From assembly GCA_963665325.3 (NCBI GenBank), contig CAXXWS020000004.1, positions 288,001 to 352,000 of the forward strand: a stretch of DNA of 64,000 bases, in the 5' to 3' direction. The notes beneath the pieces are model-generated. The model was not told the DNA's origin. It searched no databases and worked only from the letters and a program-made list of their open reading frames with translations. The DNA is from Alphaproteobacteria bacterium (GTDB taxonomy: Bacteria > Pseudomonadota > Alphaproteobacteria > Bin95). Positions within the stretch are counted from its first letter, which is position 1; the number at the start of each line of letters is the position of its first letter. This document shows, one piece after another, positions 1 through 11,932 of this stretch. Both the position numbers and the translations under genes were made by a program.

Positions 1-1329
<1,329 letters not shown>

Positions 1330-1335
1330 GTCCCC

Positions 1336-1893
1336 TCAAGCCCCTTTCATGGAGAGTTCGAGCCTGCGCAGCCGGGAGCCGAGCGAGCTGTCGAAGAGCC
1401 GCGAACCGAGCCTGACGACCAGTCCGCCGAGAATGTCGGAATCGACCCTGAGGTCGATGGAAACCTTGCCGCCCGCGATGCCGCCGAGCGCCGTTTCGAG
1501 CGAGCGGAGCTGCGCGTCGTCGAGCGCATGGGCCACGGTGACTTCCGCCGTGACCTCCCCGCGGCGCTCGGCGAGCACGGCGAGGAACCGCTCGGCTATC
1601 GCCTGGAGCGCGAACAGCCGGCCGTGGCGCGCAACGACACCGATGAAATTGCGCGTCATGTCCGCGAATCCGGCCCGCTCCGCCACCGCCTGCATGGCGC
1701 GGGCGCGCTCCTCGCGGGCGATCAACGGCGAGCGCACGACATGCGAAAGCTCGGGGTTTTCCGCCAGCAGCGCCTTCAGCGCCTCGAGGTCTTCCGCGAC
1801 CCGGTCGAGCGCCTTCTCTTCCTCGGCCAGTTCCAGCAGAGCGGTCGCATAGCGCTCGGCGAGTGCGGAAACGGGTCCTGCCTGAGAAGCCAC
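1336..1893 (-). CDS. atpH: F1Fo ATP synthase subunit delta
   Basis: LAERYATALLELA...VDSDILGGLVVRLGSRLFDSSL; probable GTG start at 1893 (ORF is open to 1935). Confidence 0.95.
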   Translation of the reverse strand: MASQAGPVSALAERYATALLELAEEEKALDRVAEDLEALKALLAENPELSHVVRSPLIAREERARAMQAVAERAGFADMTRNFIGVVARHGRLFALQAIAERFLAVLAERRGEVTAEVTVAHALDDAQLRSLETALGGIAGGKVSIDLRVDSDILGGLVVRLGSRLFDSSLGSRLRRLELSMKGA

Positions 1894-2160
1894 GAAATAA
1901 TGTCCCCGAAATGCGTGCCGCTTCCGATCCGCCACCGCTCGAATGCCCCGGCGAACAGGACGGCTACGGGCCGAACGAAACGGGCGCGAGCCCGAGAGCG
2001 CCGCGCGGGCTTCGTGCTATCACAGCCGTAATCGGAGCCGCAACCGAACCCCCCGCGACATATTGGCTAAGCGCCGTAATGTAGTGTCGATGCGGTGTTG
2101 AATTGAAACGCCGCCGATCTTACTCTCCACGATGGAATCAGGCAGCGAATGGAGGCCGCA

Positions 2161-2427
2161 ATGGAAGTCGCCATACGCGAGGCTAAAGCGCGCCTTTCCG
2201 AACTGGTCGCCGCCGCCCGGAACGGCGAGCGCGTCGTTATCACCAGGCACGGACGCCCGGCGGCCGAACTCGTCGCTTGCGAAGCGCGCGGCGGCATCGA
2301 CTTCGACAAGCTGGACCGGATACGGCGACGCCTCGGCATTGTCGGGGACGGGGAGCGCTGGCCGGAGGAGTGGAACGATCCGGCCTTCAGCCGGCAGGTG
2401 CTGGGGCTGGAAGACGAAGACGGATAG
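2161..2427 (+). CDS. Phd/YefM-family antitoxin
   Basis: MEVAIREAKARLSELVAAARNGERVVITRHGRPAAEL is the typical Phd N-terminus; precedes a PIN toxin. Confidence 0.9.
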   Translation: MEVAIREAKARLSELVAAARNGERVVITRHGRPAAELVACEARGGIDFDKLDRIRRRLGIVGDGERWPEEWNDPAFSRQVLGLEDEDG

Positions 2428-2431
2428 CGGG

Positions 2432-2839
2432 GTGCGAATCCTCCTCGACACCCACTGGCTCTATGACTTGATGGAGGCTCCGGGAAAGCTGCCGGCAATC
2501 GAGCAGCGGTTGCTGGCCGACCGGAATACGCAGCTGTTTTCGAGCGCCGTGTCGATCTGGGAAATGCGGCTCAAATTTCACGCCCGCCATCGGGACGGCG
2601 CGCGCAAGAGCCGCTTCAACCCGAACGACGTACTGGCGGCGCTGGAGGATCTGGCCATTCCGGTGCTTGCAATGACCCCGGCGCATGCGGCGCAGCCGCT
2701 CGAGGTGCCGCTTGCCCACCGCGACCCGTTCGACGAATTGCTGCTCGTCCAGGCACAGGAGGAAGGACTGAAGCTCCTGACCCACGACCGGCTTCTCACC
2801 GGCCATCCGCTGGCGGTCTCGCCGGGCGCGCCGGCATAG
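2432..2839 (+). CDS. VapC-family PIN-domain toxin
   Basis: GTG 2432: RILLDTH...SAVSIWEM...HRDPFDELLLVQA...LLTHD, the PIN motifs. Confidence 0.9.
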   Translation: MRILLDTHWLYDLMEAPGKLPAIEQRLLADRNTQLFSSAVSIWEMRLKFHARHRDGARKSRFNPNDVLAALEDLAIPVLAMTPAHAAQPLEVPLAHRDPFDELLLVQAQEEGLKLLTHDRLLTGHPLAVSPGAPA

Positions 2840-2879
2840 CTCAACGCCCTCGCCCCGAGCCTTCGGGGCTTTGTCCCCG

Positions 2880-3989
2880 TCAGTCCAGCCCTTCCTTCAG
2901 CCGGTCCCAGACCTCCGTCCCCCAAAGCGGTCTATTTTCGTGAGCTGCATCCCACGGTGTCTTGCCGTCCCGATCTCTCGCCTTCGGGTCCGCCCCGGCT
3001 TCCAGAAAAGCCTCGACGACAGCCGGATTCGGGTTGTGCGCCGCCGCCCAATACAGTGGCGTCTGGCCGCGGGCGTCGCGTGCATCCGTTTCGGCCCCGG
3101 CGGTGAGCAGCGCCATGATGATGGCAGGGTTCTCGCTGTGTGACGCTGCGGTGTGAAGCGGCGTCCGCCCGTCGTAGCGCCTCAGATTCGGGTCGGCCCC
3201 AGCAGCGAGGATCGCCTGAATCGAGGCCGGATCGCTGTAACTTGCAGCCCAGTGGACCGGCGTCCCGTCATATTCGTTCCGCGCATTCGGGTTCGCGCCG
3301 GCTGCAAGAAGCGCCCGGACCTTGTCGGGGTTTTCGTGCCGCCACAGCGCGTAGTGCAATGGCGTCTCCCGCTCGATGTCCATTGCGTTCGGTCTGGCGC
3401 CGGCGGCGAGAAGCTTTTCCACGACGGCAGGATTGCCGTTGAACCACGCCGCGAAGTGCAGCGGCGTGCGTCCCTCTCCGGTGCGTGCATCCACGCGCGC
3501 GCCGGCAGCCAGAAGCGCCGCCGCGACGCCGGGGTCCTCGTTCAGCCGCGCCGCGAGGTGGAGCGGCGTCAGGCCCTCCTCGTCCCGGGCGCCGGCGTCG
3601 GCCCCAGCCGCAAGAAGCGCCTTGACCGCAGCGCGGTTTTCCTCGTCTTTCGCCGCCCGGTGCAGCGGGGTCCAGCGCAGAAAGTCCCGCGCATCGGGGT
3701 CCGCGCCGGCTTCGAGCAGCACTGCAACTGCTGCCGGGTTCCTGCCCGCCGCCGCGTGGTGCAGGGGCGTCCATCCCTCCCCGTCTCTCGCGTTCGGGTC
3801 CGCCCGGGCGGCGAGGCAGGCGCGGATATCGGCCCCGGTCGCGGCCCGGAAGAAAGTCGTCTTGTTCCACTTCCCGCAATCGGCGGCCATTGCCGCGACA
3901 GGAAGCAAGGCAGCAAGCAAGGTCAGAATGGCTGTAAGCGAGCGAATCATGGCGGCTGTTCGGGTCACGATGCGGAGAAACGCAAACAT
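2880..3989 (-). CDS. Secreted ankyrin-repeat protein
   Basis: About 9 G-x-TPLH-x-AA repeats; signal peptide ending AMA-ADC; start 3989 or 3950. Confidence 0.9.
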   Translation of the reverse strand: MFAFLRIVTRTAAMIRSLTAILTLLAALLPVAAMAADCGKWNKTTFFRAATGADIRACLAARADPNARDGEGWTPLHHAAAGRNPAAVAVLLEAGADPDARDFLRWTPLHRAAKDEENRAAVKALLAAGADAGARDEEGLTPLHLAARLNEDPGVAAALLAAGARVDARTGEGRTPLHFAAWFNGNPAVVEKLLAAGARPNAMDIERETPLHYALWRHENPDKVRALLAAGANPNARNEYDGTPVHWAASYSDPASIQAILAAGADPNLRRYDGRTPLHTAASHSENPAIIMALLTAGAETDARDARGQTPLYWAAAHNPNPAVVEAFLEAGADPKARDRDGKTPWDAAHENRPLWGTEVWDRLKEGLD

Positions 3990-4030
3990 TCGATCGGAGC
4001 CCCCATCCATGCAAGCCAGGCTACCGGCCC

Positions 4031-5458
4031 TCAATCGCGTCCGTCCCGGAGCCGCCGGTAGGCGTCGGTTCCCTTCAACTCCTCCCGCCCTTCGGCAAGG
4101 TCCCACGGGGTCTTGTCGAACGCGGTGCGCGCCTTCGGGTCCGCACCGGCGTCCAGCAGCGCTTCGATGGCCGCAGCGTCGGCGAACTCGGCCGCCCTGT
4201 GCAACGGCGTCGCATCCGCCCGGTCCCGCGCCCCGATATCCGCCCCGGCCTCCACGAGCGCTTCGACGACCGCCGGACTCGTCTCCGTCGCTCGGGCATA
4301 CACATACAGCAATCCTTCGCTTGGCGGGCCGGATACTGCGGTATGCAGCGGCGTGCCGTCCGTCCCGTCCCGCGCTTCGAGGTTGGCCCCGCGTTCGACA
4401 AGGAGCCTGACGGCGGCGACATTCCCGATTGCCGCCGCGGCATGCAGGGACGTGCGGAGGTCCGCATCGGCCGCCTCGATATCGGCGCCGGCATCGAGCA
4501 GCGCAGCAATCGTCGCGATGCCCGCCTCCGCCCTGGTGTCGAAGGCCGTTCCTTGCTCACGCAATCTAGCAATCCACGCCGGGTCCCGGGGAACCGACGC
4601 AATATGCAGCGGCGTAAGGTCGGCCAGCGCTTTCGCCCCGGTATCCGCGCCGGCTTCGGCAAGCATGGTTGTCAACGCAACGTTTCCGATAAGCGCCGCC
4701 AGATGCAGCGCAGCGAAGCCGGTCTTGGGTTCCCGGGCTTCGATGTCCGCGCCGCCCGCCAGCAGCGCCGCGACGGAGGCCCCGTCCCCGACCGTAACCG
4801 CCGCCATGAGCGGCGCGGTGCCATCTTCCTTCCGCGCTTCGAGGTCGGCCCCGGCGTCTGCAAGCGTCGCGATGGCGGCCGCGTTCCCGAAATCCGCCGC
4901 CAGATATACGGCCGTCCTGCCCAGCGCGTCGCGCGCATCGATGTCGGCGCCGGCCTCGACAAGCGCCGCGACTGCGGAGGTGCCGTTGTTTTTCGCCGCC
5001 TGGTGCAACGGCGCGAGGTCGCGGCCGGCGCGGGCGTCTATATCGGCTCCGGCGGCGACGAGCACGGCGATTGTGGCCGGGTTTCCGCTCCAGGCCGCGA
5101 TATGCAGAGGCGTCCTGCCGCGAGAGGCCAGCGCCTCCGGGTCCGCCCCTGCTTCGAGCAGCACGGTAAGCGCCGAGGCATTTCCGGCGCCGGCTGCCAA
5201 GTGCGCCGGCGTGAAATCGTATTCGCTCAGTGCATTGGGGTCCGCCCCGGCGGCGAGGCAGGCCCGGACATCGGCCACCACCGCCTCGGCGAAGAACGCC
5301 TCCGTATTCCATTGCCCCCCGCAATCGGCGGCCCCGGCTGCGGCGGGGAAGGCCGTGGCGAGCAGGACGAGGAAAGCAGAGAGAAAGCGAGGTATGGCGG
5401 CGGCTTCGATCAGGGGGCGGGAGCAGCAAATGTTCCACGATACGGCGCACCCGTCCAC
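4031..5458 (-). CDS. Secreted ankyrin-repeat protein
   Basis: About 11 TPLH/TPAH/APLH ankyrin repeats; hydrophobic signal ending AGA-ADC; exact start uncertain. Confidence 0.9.
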   Translation of the reverse strand: MDGCAVSWNICCSRPLIEAAAIPRFLSAFLVLLATAFPAAAGAADCGGQWNTEAFFAEAVVADVRACLAAGADPNALSEYDFTPAHLAAGAGNASALTVLLEAGADPEALASRGRTPLHIAAWSGNPATIAVLVAAGADIDARAGRDLAPLHQAAKNNGTSAVAALVEAGADIDARDALGRTAVYLAADFGNAAAIATLADAGADLEARKEDGTAPLMAAVTVGDGASVAALLAGGADIEAREPKTGFAALHLAALIGNVALTTMLAEAGADTGAKALADLTPLHIASVPRDPAWIARLREQGTAFDTRAEAGIATIAALLDAGADIEAADADLRTSLHAAAAIGNVAAVRLLVERGANLEARDGTDGTPLHTAVSGPPSEGLLYVYARATETSPAVVEALVEAGADIGARDRADATPLHRAAEFADAAAIEALLDAGADPKARTAFDKTPWDLAEGREELKGTDAYRRLRDGRD

Positions 5459-5476
5459 GCCGCGGCTACCAGCCCC

Positions 5477-7639
5477 TCACATGAAGCTGTAGGGGTCCAC
5501 GTCTATCTGGAGGGAGACGTTGGCGGGCAGGCGGACGGCGCCCAGCCAGGCGCGCAGGATCGGCTGCACCGGGCGGTCGCGCGGGGCCTTCAGCAGGAGG
5601 CGCCAGCGGTGGCGGCCGCGGAGCAGGGAGAGCGGCGCGGGCGCGGGGCCGAGCACGTCCGCTTCCCCGCCCTGGGGCGCGGCGCGGGCGAGCGCGCGGG
5701 CCGCCGCCTCCACCGCCGCCGCATCGCGCGAGGCCAGCACCAAAGCCGCGAGCCGGCCGTAAGGCGGCATGCCGGCCGCGCGGCGCCCCTCCCGCTCGGC
5801 TGCCAGGAACGCCTCCCGGTCGCCCGAGGCCAGCGCCTGCATCACCGGGTTCTCCGGCTGCCATGTCTGCACCAGCACGCGCCCCGGCCGCTCCGCCCGC
5901 CCGGCGCGGCCGGCCACCTGGGTCAGCAGTTGATGGGTGCGCTCGGAGGCGCGCAGGTCGCCGCCAGCAAGCCCGAGGTCGCCGTCCACCACGCCGACGG
6001 CCGTCAGCCAGGGAAAATGATGTCCCTTGGCAGCAAGCTGCGTACCGATGATGAGGTCGATCTCGCGCGCCTCAACTCTCTCGACGAATTCCGCGGCGGC
6101 GCGGGGCCCGCGCACGCTGTCGCTAGAAAACATGCCGAGCCGCGCTTCGGGGAAAAGCGCCGCCGCCGCCTCGGCGATGCGTTCCACGCCGGGCCCGCAG
6201 GCGGCCAGGCTCTCTTCCGCCCCGCAGGCCGGACATTCTGCCGGCGGCGGGCCGGCGAAGCCGCAATGGTGGCATTGCAACCGCCCCGCCAGCCGGTGCT
6301 CCACGAGCCAGGCGCTGCAATGGCGGCACTCGATCCGGTGCCCGCAGGCGCGGCAGAGCGTCAGCGGCGCATAGCCCCGCCGGTTGAGGAACAGCAGCGC
6401 CTGCTCGCCGGCATCGAGGGCCGTGCGGAGCGCCGCCTCCAGGGGCGCGGCGAGCCATTCTCCGCGCGGCGGCGGATTCTGGCGCAAGTCGATCACAGAC
6501 ACGTCCGGCAGCGCCGCCCGCCTGTAGCGCTCCGCCAGCCTGAGCCGCCGGTATCGCCCGGCCCTCGCGTTCTCCTCGCTTTCGAGCGAGGGCGTGGCCG
6601 AGGCGAGCACGACCGGCACATCCTCCAGCCGGGCGCGCAGCACGGCCATGTCGCGTGCGTGGTAGGCGACGCCGTCCTCCTGCTTGAAGGCCGGCTCATG
6701 CTCCTCGTCCACCACCACGACCCCGAGCGCCGGGAACGGCAGGAACAGCGCCGAGCGTGCACCGACGACAACCTGCGCCTCGCCCTCCGCAATGGCCCGC
6801 CAGCCGGTGCGCCGCTCGCCGGCCGGCAGGTCCGAGTGCCAGGCTAGCGGCCGCGCGCCGAACCTGGCCTCGAAGCGCTGCATCCACTGCGCCGTCAGCG
6901 CGATTTCCGGCAGCAGGATAAGCGCCTGCCGGCCGCGCCGGAGCGCAGCCGCGACCGCCTCGAAATAGACCTCCGTCTTGCCCGCCCCGGCAACGCCTTC
7001 CAGCAGCGAAACCGAGAACCCGGTTCCGCCGAGCCCGGAGGCGGCTTCGGCCTGTTCGTCGGTGAGCGCAACCCGGCTGCCGTCCGGATCCGGCGGAAGG
7101 AAGACGGGCCGCGGCGGCAATGCGACCGGCCGAATCGCACCCAGCGCCGCGAGACCCTTGAGAACGCTTGGCCCCACACCGGTCTCCCGGGCGATTTCGG
7201 CCCCGGTCAGCGCGCCCCCGCCCGCCAGCGCCTCCAGCACCGCCAGACGCTGCGGGGTGGCGCGCATGGCCGGCGGCGCGGCATCGGCCAGCCGCCAGGC
7301 GGGGCGCGGCTTCGGCGGCTCCAGCGCCGCCGGAACGCTCAGCGCCATGCGCAGCACCGACCCCGGTGGCGAGAGCGTGTAGTTCGCTACCCGGGCGACG
7401 AAGCGGCGAAGGGCCGGGCGCATCGGCGGCACCTCGAACCGGCGGGCCACGGGCTTCAGGCGGCTCGCCTCGACACCGCCCGGCCCGTTGTCCCACACGA
7501 CGCCGCGGACAAGGCGCCGTCCTAGCGGCACTTCCACGATGTCGCCCGGCGCCAGTGCCTCGCCGAGATAGTCGTAGGGCCCGGGCAGCGGCAAAGGCAG
7601 CAGCACCGGCACGGTTATGGCGCGGCTTGAGGCGGACAT
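5477..7639 (-). CDS. priA: Primosomal protein N'
   Basis: [20 protein letters not shown], four CxxC zinc ligands, C-terminal IDVDPYSFM; start about 7639. Confidence 0.96.
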   Translation of the reverse strand: MSASSRAITVPVLLPLPLPGPYDYLGEALAPGDIVEVPLGRRLVRGVVWDNGPGGVEASRLKPVARRFEVPPMRPALRRFVARVANYTLSPPGSVLRMALSVPAALEPPKPRPAWRLADAAPPAMRATPQRLAVLEALAGGGALTGAEIARETGVGPSVLKGLAALGAIRPVALPPRPVFLPPDPDGSRVALTDEQAEAASGLGGTGFSVSLLEGVAGAGKTEVYFEAVAAALRRGRQALILLPEIALTAQWMQRFEARFGARPLAWHSDLPAGERRTGWRAIAEGEAQVVVGARSALFLPFPALGVVVVDEEHEPAFKQEDGVAYHARDMAVLRARLEDVPVVLASATPSLESEENARAGRYRRLRLAERYRRAALPDVSVIDLRQNPPPRGEWLAAPLEAALRTALDAGEQALLFLNRRGYAPLTLCRACGHRIECRHCSAWLVEHRLAGRLQCHHCGFAGPPPAECPACGAEESLAACGPGVERIAEAAAALFPEARLGMFSSDSVRGPRAAAEFVERVEAREIDLIIGTQLAAKGHHFPWLTAVGVVDGDLGLAGGDLRASERTHQLLTQVAGRAGRAERPGRVLVQTWQPENPVMQALASGDREAFLAAEREGRRAAGMPPYGRLAALVLASRDAAAVEAAARALARAAPQGGEADVLGPAPAPLSLLRGRHRWRLLLKAPRDRPVQPILRAWLGAVRLPANVSLQIDVDPYSFM

Positions 7640-7684
7640 GTATAGAGTCATAGCGGTTCGGACTGACGATAAGGGCGGGTTGCC

Positions 7685-8362
7685 ATGAAATTCTTTGTCG
7701 ATACCGCCGACCTGGCGGAAATCCGCGACATGGCCGAGACCGGCATGGTCGACGGCGTCACCACCAACCCCTCGCTGATCGCCAAGAGCGGCCGCCCGCT
7801 GCTGGAAGCGATCGCCGAGATCTGCGACGTGGTGGACGGGCCGGTGAGCGCGGAAGTGACCGCGACGGACCATGCCACCATGCTGGCGGAGGGCCGGCGC
7901 CTCGCCGCCATCGCGCCCAATGTGGCGGTCAAGGTGCCGCTCACGGTGGACGGGCTGCGCACTTGCCGGGCGCTCGCCGACGAGGGCCGGACGGTCAATG
8001 TCACCCTCTGCTTCTCGCCCCAGCAGGCCCTGCTGGCGGCCCGGGCCGGAGCCGGGTTCATATCGCCCTTCGTAGGGCGGCTCGACGATCTCGGGTTGGA
8101 CGGCATGGCCCTGGTGCGCGACATCTGCGAAATCTACCGCGCCTATGACGGCATCCGCACCGAGGTGCTGGCGGCATCGGTACGCGGCCCCCTGCATGTG
8201 GTCGAAGCCGCCCGCTGCGGCGCCCACGCGGCCACGGTGCCGCCGCAGACCCTGAGGCAGCTCTACCGCCATCCGCTGACCGACGCGGGGCTCGAAGCCT
8301 TCCTTGCCGACTGGCGCAAGACCGGCCAGTCGATCCTCGACCTGCCCGACGCCGCGGAATAG
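7685..8362 (+). CDS. fsa: Transaldolase / fructose-6-phosphate aldolase (TalC/Fsa type)
   Basis: MKFFVDTAD...GVTTNPSLI...VKVP...NVTLCFS...[10 protein letters not shown]. Confidence 0.93.
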   Translation: MKFFVDTADLAEIRDMAETGMVDGVTTNPSLIAKSGRPLLEAIAEICDVVDGPVSAEVTATDHATMLAEGRRLAAIAPNVAVKVPLTVDGLRTCRALADEGRTVNVTLCFSPQQALLAARAGAGFISPFVGRLDDLGLDGMALVRDICEIYRAYDGIRTEVLAASVRGPLHVVEAARCGAHAATVPPQTLRQLYRHPLTDAGLEAFLADWRKTGQSILDLPDAAE

Positions 8363-8366
8363 TCCG

Positions 8367-9059
8367 TTGTCCGAGCCTGTGTCCGAGCCTGCGCCGGACG
8401 ATGTTGCAGACTATCTCCGCCGCAACCCGGACTTCCTGCGCCGCCACCCGGAACTGCTGACCGTGCTTGCGCCGCCGGGGCGCGACGAAGGCGGCGTGGT
8501 GGACCTGCAGCGCGTCATGGTCGAGCGCGAGCGGCAGAACAACAGCGAGCTGCGCGAGGCGTTGCAGCAACTGCTCGATCTCGGGGCGAACAACCAGACC
8601 AGCATGTCGCGCATCCACGATGCAGCGCTCGGCGTGGTCGGACTGCGCCGTTTCGGGGACCTCGCCGCCGTAATCTCCGACGACTGGCCGGAACTGCTCG
8701 GCTGCGACGGGGCGGCGCTCGCCTTCGAGACGCGCGCCGAGGCGCTGCCGGCCGCTCCGGGCCTTGTTGCGCTGGCGCCGGGCCGCGTGGACGCCCTGAT
8801 CGGCAAAGGCGCCGCCCGGCTCGAAGGCGGGCTCAAGCGGGGTCCGACGGACATCTTCGGCGGGGCCGCGAATATGGTTGCAAGCCAGGCCCTGCTGCGC
8901 CTCACCCCCGGACCGCGCGACCCGCCCGGCCTGCTGGCGCTCTCTTCGCGTGAGCCGGAGCATTTCGAGGCCGGACAGGGGACCGAATTGCTGGCCTTCC
9001 TCGCGCGCACCGTCTCCGCGCAGCTTCCGGCGCTGATCGACCCCCCGGAATCGCTATGA
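8367..9059 (+). CDS. DUF484 family protein
   Basis: [19 protein letters not shown]...[11 protein letters not shown]; conserved position upstream of xerC. Confidence 0.88.
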   Translation: MSEPVSEPAPDDVADYLRRNPDFLRRHPELLTVLAPPGRDEGGVVDLQRVMVERERQNNSELREALQQLLDLGANNQTSMSRIHDAALGVVGLRRFGDLAAVISDDWPELLGCDGAALAFETRAEALPAAPGLVALAPGRVDALIGKGAARLEGGLKRGPTDIFGGAANMVASQALLRLTPGPRDPPGLLALSSREPEHFEAGQGTELLAFLARTVSAQLPALIDPPESL

Positions 9060-9958
9060 CGCCGGAGACCGCCCGGTTTCTGGAGGACTGGCACGGCTGG
9101 CTCGCGCACGAGCGCGGTTTTTCCGAGCACACCGTCTCCGGCTACCTGCGGGATGTGGCGGACTTCCTAGGCTTTCTCGAAGGCTATACGGGCGAGCCGG
9201 TCTCGGCGGCGGTCCTGGCGAAGGTCGAGCCGCGCGACATCCGCGCCTGGCTCGCCGAACGCGCACGCGGCGGGATGGGCGCCGCGTCCCGCGCCCGGGG
9301 CCTCTCCGCGCTGCGCAATTGGTTGCGCTGGCTGGCGCAGAAGGGCGTCGGCGATGCGGCGGCGCTCACCGGCATCCGCACGCCGAAACTGCCGCGCCCG
9401 GTGCCGAAGGCGCTCGCGCACGACGAGACCGACCGCCTGCTCGCCGCGCCGGGCGAGGACTGGCAGGACCGCCGCGACCTGGCGCTGTTTTCGCTCCTGT
9501 ACGGGGCCGGGCTTCGGATCGGCGAGGCGCTCGCGCTGGACACGGGCGCGTTCGGTGCCGGCGACACCCTGCGGGTCATCGGCAAGGGGCGGAAGGAGCG
9601 GGTCGTGCCGCTGCTGCCGGCCGTGCGGGAGGCGGCATCCGCATACCGGAAGACCTGTCCCCATACGCTACTGCCCGGCGGGCCGTTCTTCCTCGGTGCG
9701 CGCGGCGGGCGCCTGCAGGCGGGCGTCGCGCAACTCAGGCTCCGCCGCCTGCGCGCCCGGCTGAACCTGCCGGAAAGCACGACGCCGCACGCCCTGCGCC
9801 ACAGTTTCGCCACCCACCTGCTGGGCGCCGGCGCGGACTTGCGCAGCATCCAGGAACTGCTGGGCCACGCCTCGCTGGGGACCACGCAGCGATACACCGC
9901 CGTCGATGTCGCCCACCTCGAAAAGGTGTTCCGCGCCGCCCATCCAAGGGCACGATAG
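9056..9958 (+). CDS. xerC: Tyrosine recombinase XerC
   Basis: LYGAGLRIGE, GKGRKER, TPHALRHSFATHLL, LLGHASLGTTQRY; overlaps the DUF484 stop (ATGA). Confidence 0.93.
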   Translation: MTPETARFLEDWHGWLAHERGFSEHTVSGYLRDVADFLGFLEGYTGEPVSAAVLAKVEPRDIRAWLAERARGGMGAASRARGLSALRNWLRWLAQKGVGDAAALTGIRTPKLPRPVPKALAHDETDRLLAAPGEDWQDRRDLALFSLLYGAGLRIGEALALDTGAFGAGDTLRVIGKGRKERVVPLLPAVREAASAYRKTCPHTLLPGGPFFLGARGGRLQAGVAQLRLRRLRARLNLPESTTPHALRHSFATHLLGAGADLRSIQELLGHASLGTTQRYTAVDVAHLEKVFRAAHPRAR

Positions 9959-10026
9959 TCCTTGGCAACGGCATGCTTCTGTTATAGTCCCGCGATTCGA
10001 CGTTGGTGGAGCCCAATATCGTGACG

Positions 10027-10788
10027 ATGCCTTTGGTCGGAATTTCGGCCTGTACAAAGACCTTCCATAACTTTCCGGTCCATTCGGTGCACTCGCGTTT
10101 CGCCGAAGTCATGGTGGAGGTCGTCGGCGCTGCGCCCCTGCTGATCCCGCCGGTCGGCGAGCATATCGACATTCCGGATCTGGTCTCGCGCTTCGACGGC
10201 ATCGTCACCACCGGCAGCCCGTCCAATGTCCAGCCGCATCTCTACGGCCAGGAAATCGACCCCGAGAACACCAACTTCGACCCCGGACGCGATGCCACCA
10301 CCCTGCCCGTGCTCCGGGAAGCCGCCCGTCAGGGCGTGCCGGTGCTGGCGATCTGCCGGGGCATCCAGGAACTCAATGTGGCGTTCGGCGGCACGCTCCA
10401 CCAGTTCGTCCACAAGGTGCCGGGCTGCCAGGACCACCGCTCCATGAAAACCCGGCCGATGGGCGGGCGGGCAGCGCTGCGCCATTCCGTGATGCTGGCG
10501 GAAGGAGGCCTCCTGCGCCGTATCGCTGAGGGCCGAAGCATCGAGATGGTGAACTCCCTCCATGCCGAGGGCCTGGACCGGGTGGCCGACGGGTTCATGG
10601 TCGAGGCCCTTTCGCCCGACGGGGTGGTCGAGGCGATTTCGCGCCCGGCCGGCGCCTTCTGTCTCGGCGTTCAGTGGCACCCGGAGACGCTTTACCAGAC
10701 CAATGCGTTCGCGCGCGCCATCTTCGCCGCCTTCGGAGAGGCGGTAGAGGCCCATATGCTGGGTGTCGGGGCCGTGCGAGCGGCATGA
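10027..10788 (+). CDS. Gamma-glutamyl-GABA hydrolase family (peptidase C26, PuuD-like)
   Basis: LAICRGIQELNVAFGGTL, VNSLH, GVQWHPE. Confidence 0.88.
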   Translation: MPLVGISACTKTFHNFPVHSVHSRFAEVMVEVVGAAPLLIPPVGEHIDIPDLVSRFDGIVTTGSPSNVQPHLYGQEIDPENTNFDPGRDATTLPVLREAARQGVPVLAICRGIQELNVAFGGTLHQFVHKVPGCQDHRSMKTRPMGGRAALRHSVMLAEGGLLRRIAEGRSIEMVNSLHAEGLDRVADGFMVEALSPDGVVEAISRPAGAFCLGVQWHPETLYQTNAFARAIFAAFGEAVEAHMLGVGAVRAA

Positions 10789-11720
10789 CGGGCGGGGCGG
10801 CACGACCGCCGTCGCTTCCCGAACCGTTCGCCGAAAGGTCGGTCGTCGCTGCGGATGACGGCCTTGAGCTGAGTCTCTACCGGCTGCGGGAGGGGAAGGA
10901 CGGCGCGCCCGCCCTTCTATGGGGCCACGCCAACGGTTTCCCTGCGGGAGGCTACGCGCCGCTGCTGCGCCTGCTCGCGAGCGACTTCCGCGTCTACGCC
11001 TACGATGCGCGCGGACATGGCGGGTCCGGCCTGCCGGACGACAAACCAGGTTTCGACCGCTATGCCGCCGACCTCGACCTCGTCTGCCGGGCGGTCCGGG
11101 CGGATGCGGACGGAGCGCCGCTCTTCTATGCCTCGCACAGCTTTTGCGGCGTGGCCGGGCTCCGGCTCGCCGGCGTCTTCGGGCGCGAACCCTGGGAGGC
11201 CTTCACCGCCTTCGAGCCGCCGGTCTCGCCGCCGCTCGACCATCCGGCGAGAGGCCATTCCGAGACAGCGTCGCGGGAGCTTTCCGGCATGGCGCTCAGG
11301 CGCCGGCCGCGCTGGGCCGATCCCGAGGCCTTTCGCCAGGCCCTCGCCGGGCGCACCGCTTATGAAGGCTTCGAACCCGAGTCGCTGGCAGGCCATTGCC
11401 GGGGTTCGCTGCATCCGACGGGCGACGGCGACTGGCAGCTTGCCTGTCCCGGGCCGCTGGAAGCGCACAATTACGAGGCGGCGCTGGACTCCTCGACCTT
11501 CGAGGGTCTCGCCCACATCGCCCGCCCTGTGACTTTCGTGGCCAGCGTGGACGGCGGCGAATCCGGCAATCCGAGTTGGGCGGCGACAGTGCAGGCCGCC
11601 TGCGCCGCGCGGGTGCCGAACGGACGGTTGGCGACATTTTCGGGCGCGGGCCATCTGGTGCCTTTCGAGGACCCGCCGCGCTGCGCCTCGCTTGTGTGCG
11701 AGATGCTCGCTGGAGACTGA
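10785..11720 (+). CDS. Alpha/beta hydrolase
   Basis: HANGF, YDARGHGGS, SHSFCG, GAGHLVPFE. Confidence 0.82.
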   Translation: MTGGAARPPSLPEPFAERSVVAADDGLELSLYRLREGKDGAPALLWGHANGFPAGGYAPLLRLLASDFRVYAYDARGHGGSGLPDDKPGFDRYAADLDLVCRAVRADADGAPLFYASHSFCGVAGLRLAGVFGREPWEAFTAFEPPVSPPLDHPARGHSETASRELSGMALRRRPRWADPEAFRQALAGRTAYEGFEPESLAGHCRGSLHPTGDGDWQLACPGPLEAHNYEAALDSSTFEGLAHIARPVTFVASVDGGESGNPSWAATVQAACAARVPNGRLATFSGAGHLVPFEDPPRCASLVCEMLAGD

Positions 11721-11932
11721 CTTTTTTTTGCGGAAATTACATTTCCGGACTTGTCAGGCGCGACAATCCGTCCTATTTTCATACCCAAAGGCTGCATGCG
11801 GCTTTTTCGCCGCGTTGGGACTCCCCCTCTCGTCCCGCAGTCTTCGACGCCCTGAAGCGCCCGGTCTCCCCCCGACCGGGCGCTTCTCCGTTTAGCGCGA
11901 CAGAAAGGCCTGAACCGGTATAAGGTGAGATC

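Noticed and set aside
9056-9958. Tyrosine recombinase as the integrase of an island
   Set aside because: The DUF484-xerC context and 300-aa length indicate housekeeping XerC.
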